Positions 10,390 through 18,911 of a stretch of DNA of 64,000 nt are shown one piece after another. The position numbers and the translations under genes are program-made. The stretch covers positions 22,980 through 86,979 of the forward strand of contig DLHP01000033.1 of the NCBI GenBank assembly GCA_002483285.1, written 5' to 3'. Numbering within the stretch: position 1 is the stretch's first letter; every line of letters starts with the position of its first letter. This DNA is from Flavobacterium sp. UBA7665 (lineage in GTDB: Bacteria; Bacteroidota; Bacteroidia; Flavobacteriales; Flavobacteriaceae). The notes below the pieces were generated by a model. That model was not told the origin of the DNA. It saw nothing but the letters and a program-made list of their open reading frames with translations, and did not search any database.

Positions 10390-11001
10390 TTACTTTTTCT
10401 TTCCTTTTGCAGGAGCTCCTTTTGCTGCTTTCGCTGCTTCCTGAGCTGCCTTCATAGCCGCACGTGAAATTCTCACTTGAGCCACTACGGTGTTGTCTGG
10501 GTGCATCAATTTGTAGTTTGCGGTTGGCAATGCAGTAACATACAATTTGTTACCCATTTCCATTGGCGTGATGTCTGCCTCGATAAAATCAGGCAAGTCT
10601 TTTGGCAACGCTTTTACTTTAAGTTTGCGTTGGTTGAGACGTAAAACACCTCCTAAAAGTACACCTGGAGAAACTCCGGTTACTTTTACAGGTACTTCCA
10701 TCATGATTTCTTTTTTGTCATCCAACTGGAAGAAATCCATGTGCAAAATACGGTCAGATACCGGGTGTACCTGAATGTCCTGCAAGATGGCGTTGTACGA
10801 TTTACCACCGGCCTCGATCACAACAGTGTGCGCGTTTGGGGTGTAAACCAAGTTTTTAAATGCTTTTTCTTCTGCTGAGAAATGCATTGGTTTGTCTCCT
10901 CCGTATAACACGCAAGGAACCAATCCAGCATCACGTAAAGCTTTCGTTGCCGACTTGCCCACGCTTTCTCTTTCTGATCCTTTAATCGTAATCGATTTCA
11001 T
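10390..11001 (-). CDS. rplY: 50S ribosomal protein L25 / general stress protein Ctc
   Basis: [36 protein letters not shown]. Confidence 0.95.
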   Translation of the reverse strand: MKSITIKGSERESVGKSATKALRDAGLVPCVLYGGDKPMHFSAEEKAFKNLVYTPNAHTVVIEAGGKSYNAILQDIQVHPVSDRILHMDFFQLDDKKEIMMEVPVKVTGVSPGVLLGGVLRLNQRKLKVKALPKDLPDFIEADITPMEMGNKLYVTALPTANYKLMHPDNTVVAQVRISRAAMKAAQEAAKAAKGAPAKGKKK

Positions 11002-11068
11002 TGTAAATAATATATAGTTAATAAAAAATTCAATTGATAATTAACAATTAATAATTGATAATTATTTT

Positions 11069-11182
11069 GGGCGTTGCCTACGGCCGCGCTTTCCGCTTTT
11101 ATCTTTTGTTTGCTGCGCCTGTTCGCTATCGCTCGAGTCTTTTGTCACAAAAGGATAACCGCTTCTATCGCTAACGCGGGCA
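11069..11182 (+). repeat. REP-like palindromic element, copy B
   Basis: gggcgttgcctacggccgcgctttccgct...caaaaggataaccgcttctatcgctaacgcgggca. Confidence 0.7.
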
Positions 11183-11245
11183 CTCATATTCTCAACGTCT
11201 CTTCGGTCTTTCGACTTTGGATTTTCTCCTTTTGACTGGCGTAGC

Positions 11246-12187
11246 CTACATCAAAAACTTCCCGCTGATCGAGTTGTTGTGCTGCACCATCTTCATCACA
11301 TCGGCAAAAAGCGGCGCACAACTCACCACCCTTATTTTGTTGGATTCCTTCTTGAGTGGGATTGAATCGGTTACGATCAATTCCAGCAATTGGGAATTCT
11401 CTATTTTTTCATAAGCTTCTCCCGATAGGATTGCGTGGGTACAAATGGCACGTACGCTTAAAGCTCCTTTTTCAATCATTAAATCTGCCGCCTTGGCGAG
11501 CGTTCCTCCGGTGTCGATCATGTCGTCTACCAGAATCACGTTGCGGCCTTTGACTTCCCCGATGAGTTCCATCGTATCAATCACATTCGCGGCGCGACGT
11601 TGCTTGTAACAGATCACCACATCCGACTCGAGATACTTGGAGTACGCATAAGCCCTCTTAGAGCCACCCATATCCGGCGATGCAATCGTCAGGTTGTCGA
11701 GTTTCAGGCTTCTTACATACGGCAAAAATATCGTCGATGCAAAAAGGTGGTCCACCGGTTTTTCAAAGAATCCCTGGATCTGGTCGGCGTGCAAGTCCAT
11801 GGTCATGATTCTTGTGGCACCGGCAGCATCGAGCAGGTTGGCTACCAATTTGGCTCCGATTGGAACCCGTGGTTTGTCTTTTCTGTCCTGTCTGGCCCAA
11901 CCAAAGTACGGAATCACAGCGGTTACGTGTCTGGCTGAGGCGCGTTTTGCCGCATCGATCATGAGCAAAAGTTCCATCAGGTTGTCGGCGCTCGGGAATG
12001 TAGAGCAGACAATAAAAACACGCAATCCCCTTATCGATTCTTCGTAAGAAGGCTGGAATTCACCATCACTATATTTTGAGAACGTTACTTTACCCAGCGG
12101 AACACCGTATTTCTCGGCGATCATTTCTGCCAGGTGTACACTTTGCGAACACGCAAATATCTTTGCTTCCGGTTCTTGGTGCGGCAT
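11246..12187 (-). CDS. prs: Ribose-phosphate pyrophosphokinase
   Basis: YFGWARQDRK, DLHADQIQGFF, VDDMIDTGGTL; start MPHQ. Confidence 0.97.
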   Translation of the reverse strand: MPHQEPEAKIFACSQSVHLAEMIAEKYGVPLGKVTFSKYSDGEFQPSYEESIRGLRVFIVCSTFPSADNLMELLLMIDAAKRASARHVTAVIPYFGWARQDRKDKPRVPIGAKLVANLLDAAGATRIMTMDLHADQIQGFFEKPVDHLFASTIFLPYVRSLKLDNLTIASPDMGGSKRAYAYSKYLESDVVICYKQRRAANVIDTMELIGEVKGRNVILVDDMIDTGGTLAKAADLMIEKGALSVRAICTHAILSGEAYEKIENSQLLELIVTDSIPLKKESNKIRVVSCAPLFADVMKMVQHNNSISGKFLM

Positions 12188-12381
12188 TTTAGTTAGTTGT
12201 TTTTGTCCGTTGCATTTGGTAAAATTTGGCTTCGACATGCGTCTTAGCTTCTTGCTTATAAAGGCCTCGGATGTAGTTAGTTAGTTGTGTGTTGCGTTAC
12301 CGCGGTGCAAATTTAGGAATAAAAACCAAGTATGAAAGGATATTTTTGAGTTATTTCTTTAGAATATGTAATATTATTTTT

Positions 12382-12389
12382 TACATTTG
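12382..12389 (+). promoter_or_regulatory. -7 element upstream of tRNA-Leu
   Basis: TACATTTG matches TAnnTTTG, about 70 nt upstream of the tRNA. Confidence 0.5.
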
Positions 12390-12457
12390 CACCGTGTTTT
12401 ACAGCAAGCAATTGCTTAAAGCGACAAAATCAACTGTTGTTGGTTTTTGTCTGTCAA

Positions 12458-12537
12458 GCCCGGATGGCGGAATTGGTAGACGCGCTGGTCTCAAACACCT
12501 GTGGGAAACCGTGCCGGTTCGACTCCGGCTCCGGGTA
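12458..12537 (+). tRNA. tRNA-Leu(CAA), CCA not encoded
   Basis: Acceptor GCCCGGA/TCCGGGT+A, D-loop GGAATTGGTAGAC, anticodon loop CTCAAAC, variable arm GG-GAAA-CC, T-arm GCCGG-TTCGACT-CCGGC. Confidence 0.95.
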
Positions 12538-14098
12538 CTTTAACGGAAAAGCTGCCAGAAATGGCGGCTTTTCTTTTTTTATTCTTGTTCCAACCCTCGT
12601 CAACTCTGGTCAAAACCTCAATTACCGTGTTAACCTCAGCGGTTCGACACCCGTCATTTCCAAAAATTAACTTCTCGGTAAATAGCGAACCCGCGAGGAT
12701 TCTTTTTCCATCGTAATCGCTTTCTATAAACAAAGTATCTAAGTTCGCTAACATTTCTAATCCACTATCTATATATTTTCCGATAGATTCGCAACCCGAT
12801 TGGAGAACTTCGATTTCCATATTCACTTGCATCAATTCGCGATTGTATCGCTCAATCATGTTATTATATCTGTCAGCTGCTAAAGTACCGCTCATAAGCA
12901 AATCGTCAGCTTTGTTGAGGTTGTCTTTGAGCAACTGCTGTCTTTCAGACTTAAGAGCGAGAGCTTTCTTTTTATCTCCGTTGATTTGAGCTTCACTATC
13001 TTTCAATATTTCAGAAAACAAGTCTTTTACATTTTTGTTGATTTGTAAATTTACGAGAAGACCTGCAAATCTTTCATGAGCTTCAAAACTCTGAACTCTC
13101 GTCTTGCAGTTTCCACGGCAATGGTAATATGCGTACCTCTTATTTCTTCCTGTTGATAAGCTTCCAGTAATTTGGCGGCCACAGTTTTCGCACGTCAAGA
13201 AATCCCGTAAAGGAAAATCTTCATTTCTATTTGAAGGTTTGAGTCCGTGCCAACGACCTTTTCGAAACACCTCCTGAACTTTGTTGAACGTAGCCAAATC
13301 AATTAACGGCTCATGAATAGCATTGACTACACAGGCGACTTCTTTTTTATACTCAGGTACAATTATTTTCCCCGCGTAGACAATATTCTTGAGCATTTCG
13401 CTAAATGAACTTTTTTTAAGATTCATTCCTTCGACATAAAGCTTTTTTCTTGTAGCTTCAATTGGCTCAACGTTAAGCGCGACTTGCTTAAAAGCTTTTG
13501 TTACAAAGTGCGCCATTGCGTTAGGTACTAATATCGAGCGTTTGCCTTTCGCACTTCCCCTTGTGCTTTTTGCTCCGTCTCTTTGACTCTCATAGCCAAA
13601 TGGTGCGCGACTTGCATAATAACCTTCCTTTTTTGCCTGATATGTTCCGTCCTTAGTTCTGCTTGCAATCTTGGCACGTTCAGCCTCTCCAATTGAAAGG
13701 TAAAAACTTAGGAGGATAACTCTATCCTGATTCTCAGATTCAAGCCATTGTTCAACTGCATTCGGTTCAATGCCGTAACTCTCAAGTTTTTTTATCTCCG
13801 TAAATGCATCGTGAATGTTTCGGGAAAACCTATCCCATTTCGTAAATAAGATTTTATCTACAAGCCGTTTGTTTGTTTTTACGAATGTTTGTAATCGAGA
13901 CCACTCAGGACGTTTGAAATTCTTAGCAGAATGGTCTTCGCGAAAAACGCCGACAACTTCATAATTCATGCGGTCGCAAAAGGCTCGCAGTGTTTCTTCT
14001 TGGTAATCTAAACTATATCCCTGTTGGGCTTGCTCGTCTGTACTTACTCTAACGTATAGTAAGACCTTCTGTAATGCTTCCATTTTCTTCATTTTCAT
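12491..14098 (-). CDS. Large serine recombinase (resolvase + recombinase + Zn-ribbon); C-terminus reads into the antisense tRNA
   Basis: YVRVSTDEQ catalytic Ser, KWDRFSRN, APFGY, CENCG...YYHC. The last 13 aa (GAGVEPARFPTGV) come from the tRNA complement. Confidence 0.93.
   Translation of the reverse strand: MKMKKMEALQKVLLYVRVSTDEQAQQGYSLDYQEETLRAFCDRMNYEVVGVFREDHSAKNFKRPEWSRLQTFVKTNKRLVDKILFTKWDRFSRNIHDAFTEIKKLESYGIEPNAVEQWLESENQDRVILLSFYLSIGEAERAKIASRTKDGTYQAKKEGYYASRAPFGYESQRDGAKSTRGSAKGKRSILVPNAMAHFVTKAFKQVALNVEPIEATRKKLYVEGMNLKKSSFSEMLKNIVYAGKIIVPEYKKEVACVVNAIHEPLIDLATFNKVQEVFRKGRWHGLKPSNRNEDFPLRDFLTCENCGRQITGSLSTGRNKRYAYYHCRGNCKTRVQSFEAHERFAGLLVNLQINKNVKDLFSEILKDSEAQINGDKKKALALKSERQQLLKDNLNKADDLLMSGTLAADRYNNMIERYNRELMQVNMEIEVLQSGCESIGKYIDSGLEMLANLDTLFIESDYDGKRILAGSLFTEKLIFGNDGCRTAEVNTVIEVLTRVDEGWNKNKKRKAAISGSFSVKVPGAGVEPARFPTGV
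12533..12538. other. attL core GGGTAC
   Basis: Overlaps the tRNA 3' end; encodes V-P in the recombinase frame (minus strand). Confidence 0.7.
12546..12580 (+). terminator. Element-supplied terminator for tRNA-Leu, antisense within the recombinase ORF
   Basis: gaaaagctgcca-gaaa-tggcggcttttc plus T7. Confidence 0.8.
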
Positions 14099-14231
14099 TT
14101 TTTTTTATGTTTTTTATGTGACAAATCTTTGCCACTTGGTATAGAACCTCTCGGATTGTTTCAATCTCTTCATCGGAATATCTTATTCCTTCGCGGTTCA
14201 CTATCTTTTTACAATCAGTAATCGACAGCAT
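14049..14231 (-). CDS. 60-aa protein overlapping the recombinase start (possible directionality factor)
   Basis: MLSITDCKKIVNREGIRYSDEEIETIREVLYQVAKI; function inferred from position only. Confidence 0.55.
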   Translation of the reverse strand: MLSITDCKKIVNREGIRYSDEEIETIREVLYQVAKICHIKNIKKNENEENGSITEGLTIR

Positions 14232-14267
14232 TTAATAATCCCGCAGAGATGCTGCGAGAAATTTTTA

Positions 14268-14849
14268 TTAAGTGGTTACTTCAGGATTTAGAAACTTATC
14301 GATTCCAGCTCCCCAGTTTATTTCTTCTTCTAAGATTGCGTGAACTTCGTCGCCTGTAAGCGATACATCTTTACTGTCAAGCAGTTTTCCGCCAAGCTTA
14401 ATTGCCGCTAACCAAACAATACTTTTCTCGAATAGCTTTACCGTCATTTTATGCATTTCTTCAAAAAATGTATAATTGAAGAAATCGCTTTTAGATAGAT
14501 TGTTTGCAAATTCTAATTTTTGACGAACGTTTCCATAATCACTATCAGGAAATATTCCATTAACGGCTTCGCCTAATTTATATGCAATTTCTGGTTTAAC
14601 ATATCCCCATTTAGTTTTTGCCTCTGCGACAAATCCCGCACAAGAGATTAAACACAGTTCTCGCATCTCGTTATGTAAAAGGTCAGAATACCCGTCCTCA
14701 AAATAGATTGGACGGTCACTCATTGGCATGCACATTCCTTCGCCATTAGTCTCAGCAGAGATATATCTCAGACGACGACCCAAAATATGGTATATTACAG
14801 CGTGTCCTGCTTCATGAAAAGCAGCTAACTCAATTTGTTTTAGTTTCAT
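14268..14849 (-). CDS. Stand-alone peptidase M41-like (FtsH protease domain) protein
   Basis: AFHEAGHAVI zinc motif, later CAGFVAE and SD; no ATPase or transmembrane part. Confidence 0.7.
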   Translation of the reverse strand: MKLKQIELAAFHEAGHAVIYHILGRRLRYISAETNGEGMCMPMSDRPIYFEDGYSDLLHNEMRELCLISCAGFVAEAKTKWGYVKPEIAYKLGEAVNGIFPDSDYGNVRQKLEFANNLSKSDFFNYTFFEEMHKMTVKLFEKSIVWLAAIKLGGKLLDSKDVSLTGDEVHAILEEEINWGAGIDKFLNPEVTT

Positions 14850-15235
14850 AATAATATGATTTTAGTTTTAGACATAGGAATTCCTGTCGAAGGAAACTCC
14901 GATTTTTAAATTTTGTATGTGTGGGAATGGCAATTGATGGCCTATCAATTTACCTGCTGTGACTATTCTTTAATTAGTGGCCGCTAAACAGAATAGAAAA
15001 ATCCTGCAAGAGATTTTGTTTCTTAGAATTCTTTCACAAATATATTCATGAATTTTCTTTTTTGCAAGCGGCCTAAAGTGCTGAGGGTCAAGTTTGTCAA
15101 ATATTGTTTTATATTTGGTTTTTTTTCAAATATAAAACAATATTTGGGAAGCTATAATTGATTGTCAATGAGTTATGATTTTTAAATTCGTAAAAAGCCG
15201 AACGTTAATGTTTTGTTAAACTTTAAATTAGCCGT

Positions 15236-15811
15236 CTAAACACTAAGATAAAGATTACTGATTTCGGTTTCACGGATGCCGAGATATATTTTAGTCGTGG
15301 CTACGTTAGTGTGATTAAATAACTGGGAAAGCAAAAGTAAAGCTTGGTCGCTGTATTTGTTTACCTCCCAGACCCGACGACCTAATGTTTTCCGCATGAA
15401 GTGGCTCGAATACTGTCCCTTGATATTATAGAAGTTAAAAATACTCTTTAGTTTGCCGTTCACATATTGGACGGAGAAGGGCTTATCTCCGAAACGATTC
15501 ACAAACATCAAATCACTTTCATTTGCCCCAAGCTGTCCGAACACTCGGCAAAGAACAGTTTGCAATTCTGGGTTTATTGTCACGCGCCTCGTCTTTTTGG
15601 TTTTTTTCTCAACAATGGTAAAATAGTCCTGATTCAAGACTTGATTCCATTTAAGCTGCAAAAGGTCGGAAATACGCAGACCGATATAACTGCCAGTCGC
15701 AATGAGCAACGCAAATTTTAAATCGCCGTCACGCTCCAACTTCAATACTAAGGTTTGCATCTTTTCCCACTCTAAAAAGTCCGAGGTTGTCTTTTGTCCT
15801 TTCAGTGCCAT
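15236..15811 (-). CDS. Small tyrosine recombinase (catalytic domain only)
   Basis: GLRISDLL (R), SHFMRKT (HxxR), HTNVATTKIY (H...Y); 191 aa. Confidence 0.9.
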   Translation of the reverse strand: MALKGQKTTSDFLEWEKMQTLVLKLERDGDLKFALLIATGSYIGLRISDLLQLKWNQVLNQDYFTIVEKKTKKTRRVTINPELQTVLCRVFGQLGANESDLMFVNRFGDKPFSVQYVNGKLKSIFNFYNIKGQYSSHFMRKTLGRRVWEVNKYSDQALLLLSQLFNHTNVATTKIYLGIRETEISNLYLSV

Positions 15812-15917
15812 AATTTCAAGTTTTTACTTTCACTTTTGTTCGATTTAGACCGTTTGTGAAAGCCGTTAATATTCCTCGTTGTGTTAACCCTTGATTTTGT
15901 TGGGTTTACCGTGCTTC

Positions 15918-15941
15918 TTTCACTTCTGATAGAAAGTGAAA
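15918..15941. promoter_or_regulatory. 8-8-8 palindrome beside the tyrosine recombinase promoter (candidate crossover/operator site)
   Basis: tttcactt-ctgataga-aagtgaaa, abutting a minus-strand -7 element (TACATTTG, 15942-15949). Confidence 0.45.
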
Positions 15942-16427
15942 CAAATGTAAATTCCTGGAAATTAACTACCTAACAAAAAATGTTAAATCCAGGACTGGCA
16001 AGGCTTTCCGCAATGTATAATTTGCTTTATCAATATTTGATTGCATTATTTTGCTTTGATAAGTTTACTGGTTGTGGAGGTTTGTTAATTGAGATTAAGT
16101 TTCGACATAATTTGACACCTCCGCCTTATGAAACTAAATTAAATTTTGGTCAATAACTAAATAAATGCACTAACCTAAGGGGTCTTGACCCCAAAGCGAA
16201 TGGAGGTTTAAGTTATAAGGGATTAAAAAAACGCTATTAGCCTTTATTTACTAATTAAATTTAAAATATTTTACTAATTAAAAATTGCAGTTATAGCAAC
16301 GATTTCGAAGATAAAAAAAAGTTAATAAATTTATAAGTGGTTTTTATATAAACCTAACATTATCAAGTGTTTTTCATTTTTTTTCAAAAAAAAACAGATG
16401 TATTAAAATAATATTTATCTTTGTCTC

Positions 16428-16997
16428 ATGAACAACGGAACACTAAATAAATTTCTAATAGAAAGAAAAAAAGAACTTCTTAAAGAATTAGATGCTATTG
16501 ATGTACTTATTGATGCTTCTGATTCTAAAGATGTATATAGTGAAGTTGTAAAATTATTGTCTGAGCGTATTACTTTTACTCCTCAAGGTTCTACTCGTGC
16601 GGAAACTAAAATACTTGAACCTAAGGATGTTGATATTTCTATCGGAATGGCTGCATCACAAGTTAAATTTTATGGAGGTGGGAAAATGATACCAATTGTT
16701 CGTAAAGCAGAGAACACAACATGGAAATATTATCTGGTCGAGGTTATTAAACGATTAGAAGGTAGTTGTAAAACGAATGATATTGCTGAGGTAATGATTT
16801 ATTCAATTAAAGATTTATCTTTTGTTAGAGCGAGGCAGATTGCTGCTGATTTACTCCCTGAATTAGTTAACGATGGACTACTGGAAGTTGAGAAAGGTGG
16901 TTCAAAAAAAGAAGGCCATACGTATATGGTTAAGGGGCATAAATTGAAAATTGTTAGAGATTATATAAAACAAATAAGCACCCAAAAGGATGCTTGA
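16428..16997 (+). CDS. Hypothetical protein: N-terminal coiled coil, C-terminal winged-helix-like region
   Basis: 189 aa AT-rich ORF; LIERKKELLKELDAID; KTNDIAEVM...LPELVNDGLLEVEKGG. Confidence 0.6.
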   Translation: MNNGTLNKFLIERKKELLKELDAIDVLIDASDSKDVYSEVVKLLSERITFTPQGSTRAETKILEPKDVDISIGMAASQVKFYGGGKMIPIVRKAENTTWKYYLVEVIKRLEGSCKTNDIAEVMIYSIKDLSFVRARQIAADLLPELVNDGLLEVEKGGSKKEGHTYMVKGHKLKIVRDYIKQISTQKDA

Positions 16998-17146
16998 TAA
17001 TAAGTTTAAAATGATTGCAGAAGCACTTTATAATGGTAACGGTCTGTGGAGCAAAGCAGATTCCAAACCTACTTTGGGGATTCATTCCAGAAAAGGGTAA
17101 GCGTCCAAAACTTACCAAGCTTTTGCTTTCTTTTTATTCTAATTTT

Positions 17147-17172
17147 GAAGGAGATGTGTCAGCATCTCCTTC
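17147..17172. other. 10-bp perfect hairpin (terminator or sRNA stem)
   Basis: gaaggagatg-tgtcag-catctccttc between convergent transcription units. Confidence 0.5.
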
Positions 17173-17245
17173 TTTTTTCAAAAACAAAGATACGCATTTT
17201 GTTTCAAAATATTTAAAACAGCCTATCTTGGCTTGTTCGATATAA

Positions 17246-17410
17246 TTAATGTTTTCCAATAGTCATTTGCCTCTTGTAACTGGTACTTCCGCAAGTGCAA
17301 CCCGTGAAACTACATTTTTGACAAGTGGTTTTATTACATTTGGCGCATTGCTTGGCGCGGTCGCCGCGGTGTGAGTTACCGCAATTAGGGCAAGAGGAAA
17401 TTTTATCCAT
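17246..17410 (-). CDS. 54-aa Cys-rich zinc-finger microprotein (not in ORF track)
   Basis: MDKISSCPNCGNSHRGDRAKQCAKCNKTTCQKCSFTGCTCGSTSYKRQMTIGKH; three CxxC plus CxC; starts 9 nt after the upstream stop. Confidence 0.7.
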   Translation of the reverse strand: MDKISSCPNCGNSHRGDRAKQCAKCNKTTCQKCSFTGCTCGSTSYKRQMTIGKH

Positions 17411-17419
17411 CGATGAGGT

Positions 17420-17722
17420 TTAGTTGGTGAAGTAAAGAATGATGATGCCGACAAATATGACCATGTGCAAGCCCACGATATAAGTGTATGGCTTTTCGTC
17501 TTTGGTTTTGTTGTCCAACGCTCCTTTATAATCGATTGGGTTGACGGCGTTAAACCTCTGTTCGTAATACGGGAGTATTCCCTTGACAAAGATTAATATA
17601 GATGCGATACATGACAACCATACGCAAAACCAAAACGAGGTATTTGGGATTCTCATAATCCGCTCTGCTATGAAACCGACGGCAAAGGGAAAGATAAGGT
17701 AAAGGATATGTTTTGCGTTCAT
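17420..17722 (-). CDS. Small membrane protein (3 TM)
   Basis: 100 aa with three hydrophobic segments. Confidence 0.7.
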   Translation of the reverse strand: MNAKHILYLIFPFAVGFIAERIMRIPNTSFWFCVWLSCIASILIFVKGILPYYEQRFNAVNPIDYKGALDNKTKDEKPYTYIVGLHMVIFVGIIILYFTN

Positions 17723-17871
17723 TGGTAAGCTGGTTTTACGTTTCCTGTTCGATAGTTCGGATTCATTTTTCTTGCCGTAAGGAGTGCCGCAGATGCGTTA
17801 GCAGCAAATACACGTGTTGCGGTCTTGAACCCGCCGCCCTTTGGGAAAAGGTCAACTATCCATTCTTTCAT
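17719..17871 (-). CDS. 50-aa microprotein (not in ORF track)
   Basis: MKEWIVDLFPKGGGFKTATRVFAANASAALLTARKMNPNYRTGNVKPAYQ; starts 2 nt after the lipoprotein stop, and its TGA overlaps the next ATG (ATGA). Confidence 0.65.
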   Translation of the reverse strand: MKEWIVDLFPKGGGFKTATRVFAANASAALLTARKMNPNYRTGNVKPAYQ

Positions 17872-17873
17872 CT

Positions 17874-18422
17874 TTATAGTTGTGTTATTGTTCCTTGGAA
17901 TGTTTGGACGTTTGCGTTAAGGTTGTCCAATGAGCCACCATTGTAGTAGCGATATATCTTAAATCCAGTCACAACTGCGTTTTCGCCGATGGTGAACTCT
18001 ACATAATCCTGAACTTGTAAGTCTGGAAAATCCAGTCTATACGTGACGCGAGGTTGACCTATGGTCACATAATCCTGATGCTGAAAAAGACCGACCGTAA
18101 AACTGGAAACAACATCAATTAGGCGAATGCCGATGCGCGTGTTTGATTTAACGAATGCCGCGCCCTGAAACCATTCATTAGTCCAATAGCTATTGTTGAA
18201 TTGAGGGGACGGAGTTGTAACATTTTCGTATGGTACACCTTCCATGTTCACGATAGCTTTATCAAGGGTTGCCGAAGTTGGGGACGCGTCAACGATGAGG
18301 TCAAATTGCGAGCCTGTCACACTTGTTTGACTTGTCGGAGGCATAATTGTTTCTTGGTCATTGTCGCCAGAACAGGAAATTAAAAGGGATAATAATGTTA
18401 GGGTAAGTAGCTTTCGTATCAT
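17874..18422 (-). CDS. Lipoprotein, probably surface exposed
   Basis: MIRKLLTLTLLSLLISC lipobox followed by acidic SGDNDQE; -7 element TATATTTG at 18444-18451. Confidence 0.75.
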   Translation of the reverse strand: MIRKLLTLTLLSLLISCSGDNDQETIMPPTSQTSVTGSQFDLIVDASPTSATLDKAIVNMEGVPYENVTTPSPQFNNSYWTNEWFQGAAFVKSNTRIGIRLIDVVSSFTVGLFQHQDYVTIGQPRVTYRLDFPDLQVQDYVEFTIGENAVVTGFKIYRYYNGGSLDNLNANVQTFQGTITQL

Positions 18423-18525
18423 GCTAATTTGTTTGAATATTAGCAAATATACAAAATAAACAGGTCTAAAACAACCTGTTTAATAAGATATATTGAATAC
18501 GTTGGCATTGCTCTAATTTTCTCCT

Positions 18526-18768
18526 ATGGAAATTAAACACGAAAAAGAGTTGGTAGAGCTTGGGAGTAGAATCAAAAAATTGATTGAGGATAAAGGATTA
18601 AAAGTTATGAACGTGGCGCACGATGCCAACCTTGATTCAACCAACTTGCGTAAATATGTCCGTGGTACGCAGGATATGCGTTATAGTACCTTATTAAGGA
18701 TTGCCGCCGCAATCGGCGTTACACCTTCGGAACTTTTGGACGGTCTGGAAATAAAAAAAGAAGGCTAA
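18526..18768 (+). CDS. XRE-family helix-turn-helix regulator
   Basis: LGSRIKKLIEDKGLKVMNVAHDANLDSTNLRKYVRGTQDMRYSTLLRIAAAIGVTPSELL. Confidence 0.9.
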   Translation: MEIKHEKELVELGSRIKKLIEDKGLKVMNVAHDANLDSTNLRKYVRGTQDMRYSTLLRIAAAIGVTPSELLDGLEIKKEG

Positions 18769-18911
18769 CCCTTCTTTTTGAGCAGCTCGACCAATTCTCT
18801 CGCGTCGGCTTTGGAAACCTTCTTCATATCAATTGTAATCGGATATTTTGGTTTAGTGTCTTCTCTTGCCAGCAATCTTTTAAACTGGTCAACGGTTAAT
18901 TTGAGCTTCAT
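18765..18911 (-). CDS. 48-aa basic microprotein convergent with XRE (not in ORF track)
   Basis: MKLKLTVDQFKRLLAREDTKPKYPITIDMKKVSKADARELVELLKKKG; stop overlaps the XRE stop. Confidence 0.55.
   Translation of the reverse strand: MKLKLTVDQFKRLLAREDTKPKYPITIDMKKVSKADARELVELLKKKG

Noticed and set aside
12485-12501. T-T mismatch in the tRNA anticodon stem as a sign of a pseudo-tRNA
   Set aside because: All other arms and conserved bases are intact; single mismatches are tolerated.
12289-12716. Plus-strand ORFs overlapping the tRNA
   Set aside because: Shadow ORFs over tRNA-Leu and the recombinase antisense strand.
15236-15811. Tyrosine recombinase as an invertase of a phase-variable promoter or TRD shufflon
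   Set aside because: I found no pair of distant inverted repeats or duplicate TRD cassettes in the element.
16179-16192. GGGGTC-TT-GACCCC palindrome as a functional site
   Set aside because: Single short palindrome with no second copy or associated gene.
17015-17589. ORFs 17015-17245 (+) and 17263-17589 (-)
   Set aside because: Non-ATG or out-of-frame overlaps with better-supported genes (membrane protein, zinc-finger peptide); no recognisable features.
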